Shown here piece by piece: positions 21,257 through 30,755 of a stretch of DNA of 64,000 nt (the stretch's first letter is position 1; each line of letters opens with the position of its first letter). Below the pieces are notes generated by a model, which was not told where the DNA came from, did not search any database, and saw only the letters and a program-made list of their open reading frames with translations. The position numbers and the translations under genes are program-made. Source of the stretch: an uncultured delta proteobacterium (lineage in GTDB: Bacteria > Desulfobacterota > Desulfobacteria > Desulfobacterales > JAFDCJ01); assembly GCA_963769935.1 (NCBI GenBank), contig CAVYNY010000016.1:96001-160000 (forward strand), in the 5' to 3' direction.

Positions 21257-21400
21257 CAATCCGCAGCATCGCAAGAAATCAGCATTCGCTCCTTGAAGCG
21301 TTGGTGTTGGTACTGCCGTACAGGGCCAAATATACAGAACGCTGCGATGCATGCGCGATTATTCCCGCCGTTCTGAATAACGTTGTGAAAATTCTATATC

Positions 21401-21468
21401 GTAGGGTGGGCATTGCCCACCAAAGATAGCCTGTCTTGCTTGTTAACGGTGGGCAATGCCCACCCTAC
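21401..21468. repeat. GTAG-type REPIN (two inverted 21-nt REP palindromes) between convergent genes
   Basis: gtagggtgggcattgcccacc and its exact reverse complement ggtgggcaatgcccaccctac. Confidence 0.9.
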
Positions 21469-21510
21469 ATCTAAAAATTACTACATCACGAAAAAACAAA
21501 TCGTCGACGC

Positions 21511-22776
21511 TTACAAAAGCTTAGCGACCGACACCGTTCGATCGCCAAGCATGTTGACGTAACTTCCCATTTCATTATCGTACCAGCCATATATGACCGC
21601 CTGGGTTACCGGTATCCTGACAACCGTACCGCCCGAATCAGATTGCAGATTTGTCTGCAGACCCGGAATATTCGCGAGATCGATGGTTGCTTCTGCGGTT
21701 CGGCTGTGGGTTTCGGCGCCTTCAATGGTCGCGGCTACCCGCGGGAGGCCGATGATATCTCCGGAAACATTCTGTTTCTCGGTATAGTACAGATAGCCGT
21801 CCGGGCTGTCGGCGGAAGCCTGCCGGTAGATATCGTTGATCATTTCCCGGCGGACATATTCCCCTCCCGGTTCTTCCTGCAAATTGATCACCAGAATAAT
21901 CAGCGATCCGGTGCTGGTGGGAATTCTCACCGATTCGGCGATAAAGGCAATTTCTTCCATTTCAGGAATGACCAACCGGAGCGCTCTGGCCGCTCCGGTG
22001 GTCGTGAGAATGATATTGTTCATAATACTTCGGTTCTTGCGCAAATCGGTATTGCCGGACTTGGGCAGCCGGTCCAGAACTTGCTGGGAACCGGTAGCGG
22101 CATGCACGGTTGCCATCGATGCGGACATTATTTTTTTGGGGCCAAAGGAATCAATCAGGGGTTTCATCATATGCGCCAGACAGGTGGTGGTACATGAGGC
22201 ATTGGATATGATTTTATGGCGTCTGGGATCATAGTCATTGGTATTGATGCCCATCACGGTGGTGACGGCATCCTCCGGGGTGGAAGCCCTTTGGTCCTTG
22301 GTTTTAAAGGGAGCGGAAATAATCACCTTATCCGCCCCGCAGGCCAGATGACCTCTGATGGTTCCCCGCGGGTTGTCCAATCCCAGGTTCGGATCCAGAA
22401 ATTGACCGGTCGTATCAACCACCAGCCGCACATTCTGTTGATCCCAGCCGATATCGGCCGGGTCCCGCTGACTTCTTAAGAAACGGACTTTGATACCGTC
22501 AATGACCATCGATCCGGCGGCTTCATTCAGATCACCGATAACCGGCCGCCCCTTGTGACCGTAAAGATATGCATGGAGCCAGCCATAAGTGGAATCCCTT
22601 TCAACATAGTGCACGATATCCTCAAGCGATGTCCCGACCAGGCGCCCGACGTTGACGACGATCTCCTTAAAGTACTTACGCGCCACATGGTGCCACACGG
22701 TCAACTTCCCGATTCGGCCAAACCCGTTTACGCCCAGTTTTAATCCAAAGCTACCGGCATTTGTCATGTCCATCAT
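21511..22776 (-). CDS. gap: Glyceraldehyde-3-phosphate dehydrogenase-family protein (long, divergent type I)
   Basis: GVNGFGRIG, SNASCTTTCL catalytic motif, TVHA.T, TTGAA.A, RIPT..GS, WYDNE. Confidence 0.85.
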   Translation of the reverse strand: MMDMTNAGSFGLKLGVNGFGRIGKLTVWHHVARKYFKEIVVNVGRLVGTSLEDIVHYVERDSTYGWLHAYLYGHKGRPVIGDLNEAAGSMVIDGIKVRFLRSQRDPADIGWDQQNVRLVVDTTGQFLDPNLGLDNPRGTIRGHLACGADKVIISAPFKTKDQRASTPEDAVTTVMGINTNDYDPRRHKIISNASCTTTCLAHMMKPLIDSFGPKKIMSASMATVHAATGSQQVLDRLPKSGNTDLRKNRSIMNNIILTTTGAARALRLVIPEMEEIAFIAESVRIPTSTGSLIILVINLQEEPGGEYVRREMINDIYRQASADSPDGYLYYTEKQNVSGDIIGLPRVAATIEGAETHSRTAEATIDLANIPGLQTNLQSDSGGTVVRIPVTQAVIYGWYDNEMGSYVNMLGDRTVSVAKLL

Positions 22777-22792
22777 CCTTCCTGTCTCTAAT

Positions 22793-22928
22793 GATTGAAT
22801 ATATTAGATTGAATATTGAAAATTTAAGGTACGCCTCCGGCGAATCTATTATCCTAACATCAATAGTAAAAATGGCGGAGCAGAGCGACCTCCACAAATA
22901 TTCAATATTCAGTATTCAATTTTAAATT
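22793..22928. repeat. Heptamer inverted repeat element (GATTGAA/TTCAAT), homologous to 33002-33135
   Basis: gattgaatatattagattgaatattgaaaatttaagg...ggagcagagcgac...attcaatattcagtattcaat. Confidence 0.85.
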
Positions 22929-22940
22929 CCCACTACCCTT

Positions 22941-25900
22941 CTACGTTTCCTTCACCTTAACCAATCCCTTAAAGACAGATCCTTCCTGGCCGTCAATGCT
23001 GATATGATCACCGGATTTTACAAATGTCTGGTTAAAGAAACAACTTTTTTGCCGCTCATCACAAAGCAGATCACCGCACCCCACAACACAAGTTTTGCCA
23101 AGCCGGTGGGCAACCACGGCCGCATGCGATGTCAACCCGCCCCTGGCTGTCAGCAAGCCGTCCGCAGCGTGAATTTCTCGAATATCGTCGGGCACAGTAT
23201 CGGCTCTGGCAAGAATTAAGTTGGTTTGCGGTTCATTGATACGCCATTCTTCAATCTCTTTAAGATTGAACACCAGCCGTCCGCCCATTGCGCCGCCGCT
23301 CACACCGATCCCATGCCCCAGGTAAACGGCTTCATTTTTCTCGTTGAAGTCAAAGGTCAGTGCTTTTTTACGCTCACGGATGGCCAGGTCACGGGTTTGG
23401 AGCAGGTATAAATCTTTAACCGACGGGCTTTCAAAGGTAAATTCCATTTCCTGGGGACTCCATTTTTTCTCGTCGATCAGATCATGCGACCAATTCTTTA
23501 AAGCAGTATAAATTTGCGGAAAATGGGTTTCCAGGGTGATATCTGTGTCCCGCATTTCGATTTCCTGCTGAAATATCGAAATAGGATTTGTTCTGACCAA
23601 CCCGGAGACAACATCCTCGCCCTGGTTGCCGATGGTAAAGTCGCCCCACAATTTTAAGGTGTCGCCGGACCATCGGGGGTTGTGGGTAAAAATAACACCG
23701 GAGCCTGATTTCTCGGATATGTTGCCGTAAACCATTGCCTGAACGGTAACCGCCGTGCCCCAATCGTCTGAAATCCCCATAATTTGACGGTAAGCTCCGG
23801 CCCTGGCGGATTCCCATGAGTCCAAAACGCTTTTGATTGCCATGTAGAGCTGGTCAAACGGCGTTTCCAGGACTACAACCCCCGAATCCTGAATCAAGGC
23901 TTTATAGATCAGAGCCACCTGCTTCATTTGCTCGCCGGTGAATTCTCTTTTGTAGGGAACTCCCTGCTTGATTTTCTGTTCATTGATGATCGCGTCGAAC
24001 TCATCGCGCTTGAGTCCGAAAGCCATTCCGTAGCATTGCAGAAACCGGCGGTAATTGTCCCAGGCAAACCAGGCGTTTCCGGTTTTGGCGGCAACTCCCG
24101 CCGCAATCTCCTCGTTGTTGCCCACATCCAGCAAAGTATCCATCATGCCGGGCTGGGAAATCGAAGCGCCGCTGCGTACGGATAGCAGCAGCGGGTTCTT
24201 TGGATCGGCGAAGGTTTTGCCGCTTATTTTTTCCAGTTTAGCTATGTTGCGGGCTACCTGTTCCTTGAAATTTTCAGTCGCCGGCGGATAGCTGTCGATG
24301 ACCCGGCGGCAGCGAAATACTTCGGTGGTGATGATAAATCCAGGCGGCACGGGAAAACCGAAATTCTTCAGTTTGACCAGGTTGAGCCCCTTGTTGCCCA
24401 GGTGAATGATGCCCGTCACACGACTTCTAGCGGAGTGGATCGGGGTCATGGCACTTTGAGGATCATAAAGCAGCAGCTGATGCAGAAGATCTTTGGGCAA
24501 CTTATAGGATTGCTGGAAAAGCGTCGTCAGAATCCTGCTCAGGAATAAATCCAGCTGTTGCAATCCCAGAGACAGTGCAATCTGCTCCCGGAAAAACATT
24601 TCGGACACCCGGTGTTCAAGTTTATCACCGTCTTCCAGCTGTTCCCTGGGAAGAAATTTCGGCAGGATCTGATCGGTGGAAATCTGCGACAGGATGCGGT
24701 TGAGGTTCTGGCCGTGAATATTGTGAAAATGGTCGTGGATAATGTTTCTGACCGCCTGGGCGAAACCTTTAAATATATCCAGGTACTGGGTCTGAGTGAA
24801 CCCTTTGACTTCCAGCGAATGGGCCAAAAATTCCAGCTGGCGCTCAATTTCTACCGATAATATCCCGTCCAGTTTCAATGCTTTGTCAAACAGCCTTAAA
24901 AGGCTGTATATCTGGTAAAAGGTGGCTTTGGTAATCAAGCTCAGATCGATATCTCGAATAAGTTCTTCGAGCAGCACATTCACCAGGGCCTCCAATCGAA
25001 AGGTGAGTCCCAGACAATCAAATTTCATCTCGTGATAACTGCCGTACATGGAAGGAATGTCAATGGTGATATGTCTTTTTTTATAAATATTCTCTTTGAT
25101 TTCAAATGATTGTTCGGAGGTAATAATATCTTTGAGTTTTTCGAGATAATCCAACAGCATAAAGAGCCTTATTTTTATATCGGGCTCGGCCAGCGCCTTT
25201 TCCACCCGCTGCAAATCCGGCAGGGCTTCGGTGCGCAGCTGGGAGATATACCCTGCCAGTTCATGGTAATCAAAGCGGTATTTTTGATGGAGCAATTTAT
25301 AAAGGGTCATGGATAAGACGGCGCGTTCCCGATCAACGTCGGGGACATCGGGAATCTCGGCCAACAGGCTGCCTATTTTCTTTCCGGAAAGCGTCAGTAG
25401 ATCATGAGGAATTTCGATGCCCTTCTCTGCCAGATAAGAGTATATCTTATGGACACCGTCGATAAATGGTCCGGTGGTGTCGATTTCATCATAGATCGAA
25501 GGCGGCAGGTAAGGTACCAGAAAAGTTTTATCGCGCGTCTGCCAGAAGCGCAGGGTTGCCTCCATAAACGGCACAATCCGATTGCTGCTCTCAACGTGGC
25601 TTTGTTTGCGTAAAAAATGAATGAGTCTATCCCGGCGATGCGAGATTTCATCGATCCGCGTCGAGGTGTCCCTTAATTTTCCTTCAGCCCCGATATCATT
25701 AAAAAAAACCGGAAGCAGCCTGGTGAGCTGTTTGGCAAGATTAAATACCGGTCTGATGTTGCTGTTTAAAAATCGGGTGATGTCACGCGGCAAAAGATCT
25801 ATATCTCTGATAAAGACGCCGCAGATCGAAAGATGGATAATCAGTCCGGATAGCAAACGGGTTGACCATTTCGGATTGACCTCGATCAGCTCCAGCCAGG

Positions 25901-27131
25901 TTCTGATATTCTGGATATGGGCGCCGTTGACCCTCGTTTGCCATTCATTATCCACGCCCTGGAGCATGGGTGCCTGGAAACCCAGATCGATAACACCGTT
26001 GATAAAAAAATTAACCAGATCGATTTCATCGGTGTTGTAGACACCTCTGCCCATGTTCAGCACGCAATTTAAGGCTGTCGCCGGATACATGCGGGTCTGT
26101 TCTTTTAAAATGGTAAAGGTTTTGCGGATCAGATTCTCGATAATTCGATAATTATCATTCTCGATGATCCAGGTCAGGGTCTGGTTAATCTCTCGCAGGG
26201 TTTCCTCGTGGATCAGGGATAAGCCCCTGAGATTCATGATTCGGAAAAGGAAAATTAATTTGAGGTGGTGAGCACGGCCTTTTTTATCAAATTTTTGCAA
26301 CAGCTGCCGCGGAATTCGGCGGTAGGTTTCTAAAATCTGTCCGAAACCGGGAAGCTCCAGCAACCGTGTCAACACCTCGCGGGATTCGATCGCCTGATCC
26401 TGTATCGTCGATTTAAGCTGACCCTGCCATTCATGGAGCTGGTGATGGGATATGGGGTTAAAAAATTCAGTCAATGGGTTTCCATCCAAGACTACATCCG
26501 CTTCCTTTTCAAACCAGGTCTGAGGATCTTCCACATCCAGCCAGTAACTGTAAGTATGGCCATAATATTTTATCAGCAAAAGATTAAGGGATCGGTAATT
26601 GGTGCCGGACTGGGCCGAACTTTCCAGATAAGCTCGCGCCAACCGGTTAATCCCATAGTAGCTTCTTACGAACATAGCGAAGAGGTCATCCGGTAAACTG
26701 CGAATTCGTACATGAGCGGCATCGATGACCGGTTGAAAATCCTCAAATCTCGGGCCGGAGTCGTTAATTGATTTTTGAATAAACAACAAAATGTTGTCGA
26801 CCGAATCTCTTTTGACATCTTCTTCTCTGCAATCCTCTAAAGCGTTGATCAAAATATCGATGAGCAGCCGGGCCGCCTCAGGTCCTCCGGGGTGATTCTT
26901 GAGCAGATGAAAATATTCCAGCGCATATTTGCGAGCTTCCGTAACGATAAACCGCCAATTGCGGTAGGGATGCGACAGCTCTTTCAGAAAGGTATTCAAA
27001 CCTTCCAACAAGCCGTAATATTTCGACATTACCTCCTGCAAGACGACGTATTTGGCATCTATCGTGACGTCAACATGGTAATCGGCCAGGTTAATCTCAA
27101 GGGCTTTGGATTTTACTTTCAAAGGTGACAA
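22941..27131 (-). CDS. Large PPDK-like dikinase: ~900-aa unknown N-terminus + ATP-grasp + phospho-His swivel domain, no pyruvate/PEP-binding barrel
   Basis: LGNKG.NL, PVPPGF.ITT, SVRSGA...PGMMDT, QGEDVVSG, EFT...LYLLQTR, RGGLTSHAAVVA; protein ends directly after the His domain. Confidence 0.85.
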   Translation of the reverse strand: MSPLKVKSKALEINLADYHVDVTIDAKYVVLQEVMSKYYGLLEGLNTFLKELSHPYRNWRFIVTEARKYALEYFHLLKNHPGGPEAARLLIDILINALEDCREEDVKRDSVDNILLFIQKSINDSGPRFEDFQPVIDAAHVRIRSLPDDLFAMFVRSYYGINRLARAYLESSAQSGTNYRSLNLLLIKYYGHTYSYWLDVEDPQTWFEKEADVVLDGNPLTEFFNPISHHQLHEWQGQLKSTIQDQAIESREVLTRLLELPGFGQILETYRRIPRQLLQKFDKKGRAHHLKLIFLFRIMNLRGLSLIHEETLREINQTLTWIIENDNYRIIENLIRKTFTILKEQTRMYPATALNCVLNMGRGVYNTDEIDLVNFFINGVIDLGFQAPMLQGVDNEWQTRVNGAHIQNIRTWLELIEVNPKWSTRLLSGLIIHLSICGVFIRDIDLLPRDITRFLNSNIRPVFNLAKQLTRLLPVFFNDIGAEGKLRDTSTRIDEISHRRDRLIHFLRKQSHVESSNRIVPFMEATLRFWQTRDKTFLVPYLPPSIYDEIDTTGPFIDGVHKIYSYLAEKGIEIPHDLLTLSGKKIGSLLAEIPDVPDVDRERAVLSMTLYKLLHQKYRFDYHELAGYISQLRTEALPDLQRVEKALAEPDIKIRLFMLLDYLEKLKDIITSEQSFEIKENIYKKRHITIDIPSMYGSYHEMKFDCLGLTFRLEALVNVLLEELIRDIDLSLITKATFYQIYSLLRLFDKALKLDGILSVEIERQLEFLAHSLEVKGFTQTQYLDIFKGFAQAVRNIIHDHFHNIHGQNLNRILSQISTDQILPKFLPREQLEDGDKLEHRVSEMFFREQIALSLGLQQLDLFLSRILTTLFQQSYKLPKDLLHQLLLYDPQSAMTPIHSARSRVTGIIHLGNKGLNLVKLKNFGFPVPPGFIITTEVFRCRRVIDSYPPATENFKEQVARNIAKLEKISGKTFADPKNPLLLSVRSGASISQPGMMDTLLDVGNNEEIAAGVAAKTGNAWFAWDNYRRFLQCYGMAFGLKRDEFDAIINEQKIKQGVPYKREFTGEQMKQVALIYKALIQDSGVVVLETPFDQLYMAIKSVLDSWESARAGAYRQIMGISDDWGTAVTVQAMVYGNISEKSGSGVIFTHNPRWSGDTLKLWGDFTIGNQGEDVVSGLVRTNPISIFQQEIEMRDTDITLETHFPQIYTALKNWSHDLIDEKKWSPQEMEFTFESPSVKDLYLLQTRDLAIRERKKALTFDFNEKNEAVYLGHGIGVSGGAMGGRLVFNLKEIEEWRINEPQTNLILARADTVPDDIREIHAADGLLTARGGLTSHAAVVAHRLGKTCVVGCGDLLCDERQKSCFFNQTFVKSGDHISIDGQEGSVFKGLVKVKET

Positions 27132-27389
27132 CCTCCGGAATCGAATATCATGGTCGGCTCATCCCAGATAGGGGTTAAAATGAAGCGATTCAAGTACTCC
27201 CATATTCATCAGCAAAATGCGGACTGTCAAGAAAATATCAGAGCCGGAGGTGAATTTCAAGGAAAGGATTGGGGGAGGGTATATCGGGGTAAACGCGATA
27301 AATATAAGCATCAGCGCATTGCCTAAACTATCAACTTTTTACCTATAGAAAGGTTTCAGGTGTCACCATCACTCCAACACCCCATCGCC

Positions 27390-28004
27390 CTATCTCGCCA
27401 ACCCAATCAGCCGATACACCACCATACCCGCCAGCCAGGCTACATCTTCGGGCGAGAGGATCCGGCCGATGTTTTTGTCAAAAAGGATGTTGGCTTCCGC
27501 CGGGAATTCATCGTCGCCGCTCCAGATAATCAGCTGCAGGGAAACGGCCGGCAGGACCCTGATTTCAAAACCGGCATCACCGGTGTCAATTTTCGCAGCG
27601 TTCAGCTGCCGGGTGGACCTGGAAAATCCGGCAATATCCCCGCCGAAAACCTTTTTTAAGGGCTCAACCGCCCGTTTAACAAATGCACCGAAATAAAAAC
27701 CGGCGCCGGGAATTTCCCGGTACGATATCCACTGGCGGGCCGGTGACGGCATCTTTCCGGCCAGCATGTAATGCAAAATCAGAACCTGCTCCTGGAGCGG
27801 GACCCCCTGATCGTTTGCTGCCGCATCTTCAAACTCGAATTGCGGGTAGACCACCCGATAAACACGGTCGAGAAAAGGGATGCGAAATGAACTTTGACCG
27901 AAAGATTCGAAGCCGGTTTGCTTTAAAATGATTTCAAAAGGTACGCGGGACAGCTCTTCGATGGCTAATTTTCTGGCGTTGATGTAGTCGTCAATGCGGG
28001 GCAT
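27390..28004 (-). CDS. DUF3786-family protein (often linked to corrinoid/acs loci)
   Basis: LILHY, WISYREIPG..FY, LIIW.GDDEFP..ANILFD, EDVA. Confidence 0.75.
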   Translation of the reverse strand: MPRIDDYINARKLAIEELSRVPFEIILKQTGFESFGQSSFRIPFLDRVYRVVYPQFEFEDAAANDQGVPLQEQVLILHYMLAGKMPSPARQWISYREIPGAGFYFGAFVKRAVEPLKKVFGGDIAGFSRSTRQLNAAKIDTGDAGFEIRVLPAVSLQLIIWSGDDEFPAEANILFDKNIGRILSPEDVAWLAGMVVYRLIGLAR

Positions 28005-28035
28005 GATAATTGTCCGTGTTACGGGATACATGGTA

Positions 28036-28376
28036 CGGGGTGCGGGTTGCGCGGTGCGCGTCTCGGGTTACGCAGTGCGAGTTTCGCGGTTCGAATGCCG
28101 GGTACCGCGACGCAGATCGCGACCTTCTGTCTAGAGGAGCTTGCGCCCGGCGGGAGTGAAACATCATAGTTTTTAAATCTATGCCTTACAGTGCAATTTT
28201 ATGTATTACGATGTCAATGGATTGGAAAGCCCTGCTCCAGAGGAGAAGGGCTTTTTCAAAGCAGCAAAGGTTCCGCAGGGGTAATTACCTTAACAGGCTT
28301 CTATGCAGGACAATCACCTAAACCCGCAACTCGTTGCCCGTACCTCGCAATCAGCACCGCGCAACCCGCAACGCGT
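28036..28376. repeat. Heptamer inverted repeat element (GGTTGCG/CGCAACC family)
   Basis: cggggtgcgggttgcgcggtgcgcg ... aacccgcaactcg...cgcgcaacccgcaacgcg. Confidence 0.7.
28226..28256. terminator. Candidate intrinsic terminator hairpin downstream of acsE
   Basis: aaagccctgctcc-aga-ggagaagggcttttt. Confidence 0.5.
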
Positions 28377-29267
28377 TTAAAGCTCAAGCCATGAATCCGA
28401 GTACAGTGTCCGGCCGAGGATGACGTCAACGGTTTTGACATAATCCTGCAACTCTTTGGAAAGTGATTCCAGCGGAGGTGCATTGCCGTCCATAGCCTGA
28501 TAAATCAGATCCACAATATCCTGGCGCTTTCCCTTGGCAATCGCAATCAGTTGATCATCCAGCGGATCGGCAATGACCGAGTGCATCCCGTTTCTCTGGA
28601 GCATCACCATGTAAGTCTGGTTGAGTATCGGACGCAGGTGATCCGGCGGTCCGTTGGAGATGTTGGAAAGCCCGCAGGTGCTCTTGGCTCCCGGCGATAT
28701 TTCCGGCAGCATCTCCATAAACGCCATCAGGCTAATGGCCTGAGGTTGTTGGATGTTCACCGGTGTGACGATGCCGTCCACCCAGATTTTTTCATTGGGT
28801 ATGCCGGCTTCATTGGCAAAATACAGCAGCTCAACACACAACGCAGCCCGTTCGTTCTCATCGCGCGGCAAACCTTCCGGTCCCCACATCAGGGCAATAA
28901 AATCGGCGTTGTGCTCCACCGCAAGCGGAACCATGGCCTCATAGCGCTCGGGGCGCACCATGATGGAATTGATCAGCGGGGGTTGCGGTGTGTCCTTGTA
29001 AACTTTAAGGGCTGCCGCAATCGCAGTGATATTTGATGTATCCAATGCCAGCGGGACGTCGTCGACCACCTCCTGGACCGTTTGAACCACCCAGGGCATG
29101 AGTTCATGTCCATCCTTTTTGGCCGGTCCGAGATTGATGTCGATATAGTCCATGCCTTTCTCCCGCTGAAAAAGGGCTTCCTGCTGGATCGGCTTGGGAT
29201 CGCGCGCCTTGAAGGCGCCGCCGATCTTTTTGGATATTACGTTTAAACTTTCACCTATTAGTAGCAT
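28377..29267 (-). CDS. acsE: Methyltetrahydrofolate:corrinoid/Fe-S protein methyltransferase
   Basis: IGESLN, DINLG, PLALDT, INS, CGLSNISNG pterin-binding barrel; position in the acs operon. Confidence 0.9.
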   Translation of the reverse strand: MLLIGESLNVISKKIGGAFKARDPKPIQQEALFQREKGMDYIDINLGPAKKDGHELMPWVVQTVQEVVDDVPLALDTSNITAIAAALKVYKDTPQPPLINSIMVRPERYEAMVPLAVEHNADFIALMWGPEGLPRDENERAALCVELLYFANEAGIPNEKIWVDGIVTPVNIQQPQAISLMAFMEMLPEISPGAKSTCGLSNISNGPPDHLRPILNQTYMVMLQRNGMHSVIADPLDDQLIAIAKGKRQDIVDLIYQAMDGNAPPLESLSKELQDYVKTVDVILGRTLYSDSWLEL

Positions 29268-29301
29268 GCAACCACCTCCCTGTTAAAATTTTGAAAAAAT
29301 T

Positions 29302-30642
29302 TTATCTTGCTTTTAAAAACCCGGGAATATGGGCAGCTTCCCTGGGACCCACGGTAATCGTCCAGCCGGGCAATTCCTCCTCCACATCACCGGCGATGGC
29401 GGCTGCATATCCGGGAATGATCAATTGCTGATGTTTGACCTTGTCGGCAATGCCGCTTTTTTTCACAAATGCGCCGACATCATCGCCGGCGAATTTGCCG
29501 GCCGCCCAGGCAGTCATGACGGAAAGCCCCTCGGAGTCCTTGATCAACAGCCAGGAAGGAACCCGGCTGCCTTCGATTTCGCCGGAAACGATAAAATAGG
29601 TCAGGGCAAAGTTGGTGGTTACCAAAACCGGAGAATTTTCATCCGGATTGTTGATTTCATAGATTCCTTCGGTGACCGTCATGGGTCGCTGCGGATCGGT
29701 GTAGATGTTCAAACGTTCCAGCAAAAGGGGGAACAAACTTTCACCGGCAAAATCCGATAGCGCCACGATGCCGCCGTATTTGGCAATAAATGTTCCGGCA
29801 ATCAAGGTTTCCATGTCCAGGTTGGCTGCCATTTCACACGGGAAGGTGATGGTCGGAAATCCCAGGGCCCGGTTTCCGTCCTTGAGGGCGGCCCGCCTTA
29901 TGGCGACCATATCCTGGTGGGCTTGCTTGATTTCCCTGGAACCCGGGTCGATCACCAGATCCTTGAGCCCGGCAGCGGTGAGCTTTTCCGTCAACGGAAT
30001 AAGACCGGCAACGGAGTCCGCTTTAACGGCCAGCGGCAGGTTGTTTTCCTTGGCCAGCGCGCCGTATTCATCAACATTGGCCTCGGTTGCCGCATACATC
30101 AGCGGTTTTTTAAAGCCGCAGGCGGCGATGCCGGCTTTCATAACGGCGGCATTGTCGGTCATCAATACCAGATTGAACTCGGAGGTCTCGGCGATCTTCT
30201 TGGCGGCTTTGGCAAATGCGTCACTGTTTCCGCCGGCATCCTTCAGCGCGATCAACTCGGGTCTGAGATTCAGCCCGACTCTCTCGTACTGAAAAGCGTT
30301 CCAGAGCTTGAGTTTGGTTTCAAGATTCGCTTCGGTGATGTCGGATCCGACGACACCGGCCAGCAGCGTTTTATTATAAAAGGTTTTTTCGTGCCGGTAC
30401 TGGACGGTTTCCCCACCGGTGGTGGCGGCCCTGACACCTTTGCCGATGACTACCGGACGAATCGGCGGCGCCGCAGCTTCGGACAGTTTCTCGCGGGCCT
30501 CATCGGAAACATAAGGGCAGCTGTCCAGTTCCGCCTTTCCGGAGGCAAGGTTCATGGCAAAAGCAAGGCAGGTAGGAACGCCGCATTCTTTGCAGTTGGT
30601 CTTCGGCAGGAGTTTGAAAATCTGAATTCCGGTTAATGCCAT
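29302..30642 (-). CDS. acsC: Corrinoid Fe-S protein large (gamma) subunit
   Basis: LP.TNCKECG.PTCLAFA...CP, RHEKTF, NIYTDPQ.P, TTNFALTY, GPREA. Confidence 0.96.
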   Translation of the reverse strand: MALTGIQIFKLLPKTNCKECGVPTCLAFAMNLASGKAELDSCPYVSDEAREKLSEAAAPPIRPVVIGKGVRAATTGGETVQYRHEKTFYNKTLLAGVVGSDITEANLETKLKLWNAFQYERVGLNLRPELIALKDAGGNSDAFAKAAKKIAETSEFNLVLMTDNAAVMKAGIAACGFKKPLMYAATEANVDEYGALAKENNLPLAVKADSVAGLIPLTEKLTAAGLKDLVIDPGSREIKQAHQDMVAIRRAALKDGNRALGFPTITFPCEMAANLDMETLIAGTFIAKYGGIVALSDFAGESLFPLLLERLNIYTDPQRPMTVTEGIYEINNPDENSPVLVTTNFALTYFIVSGEIEGSRVPSWLLIKDSEGLSVMTAWAAGKFAGDDVGAFVKKSGIADKVKHQQLIIPGYAAAIAGDVEEELPGWTITVGPREAAHIPGFLKAR

Positions 30643-30659
30643 TTTTATCTCCTTAATAT

Positions 30660-30750
30660 CGTGTTACGAGTTTCGAGGTTCGGGTTGCGCGTCGTCGCCG
30701 GAAAGTCCACTATGGATGGACCCGTAAGGCGCAACGCGCAACTCGCAACC
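30660..30750. repeat. Heptamer inverted repeat (CGCAAC) between acsB and acsC
   Basis: gttacgagtttcgaggttcgggttgcgcg ... cgcaacgcgcaactcgcaacc. Confidence 0.65.
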
Positions 30751-30755
30751 CCTTT

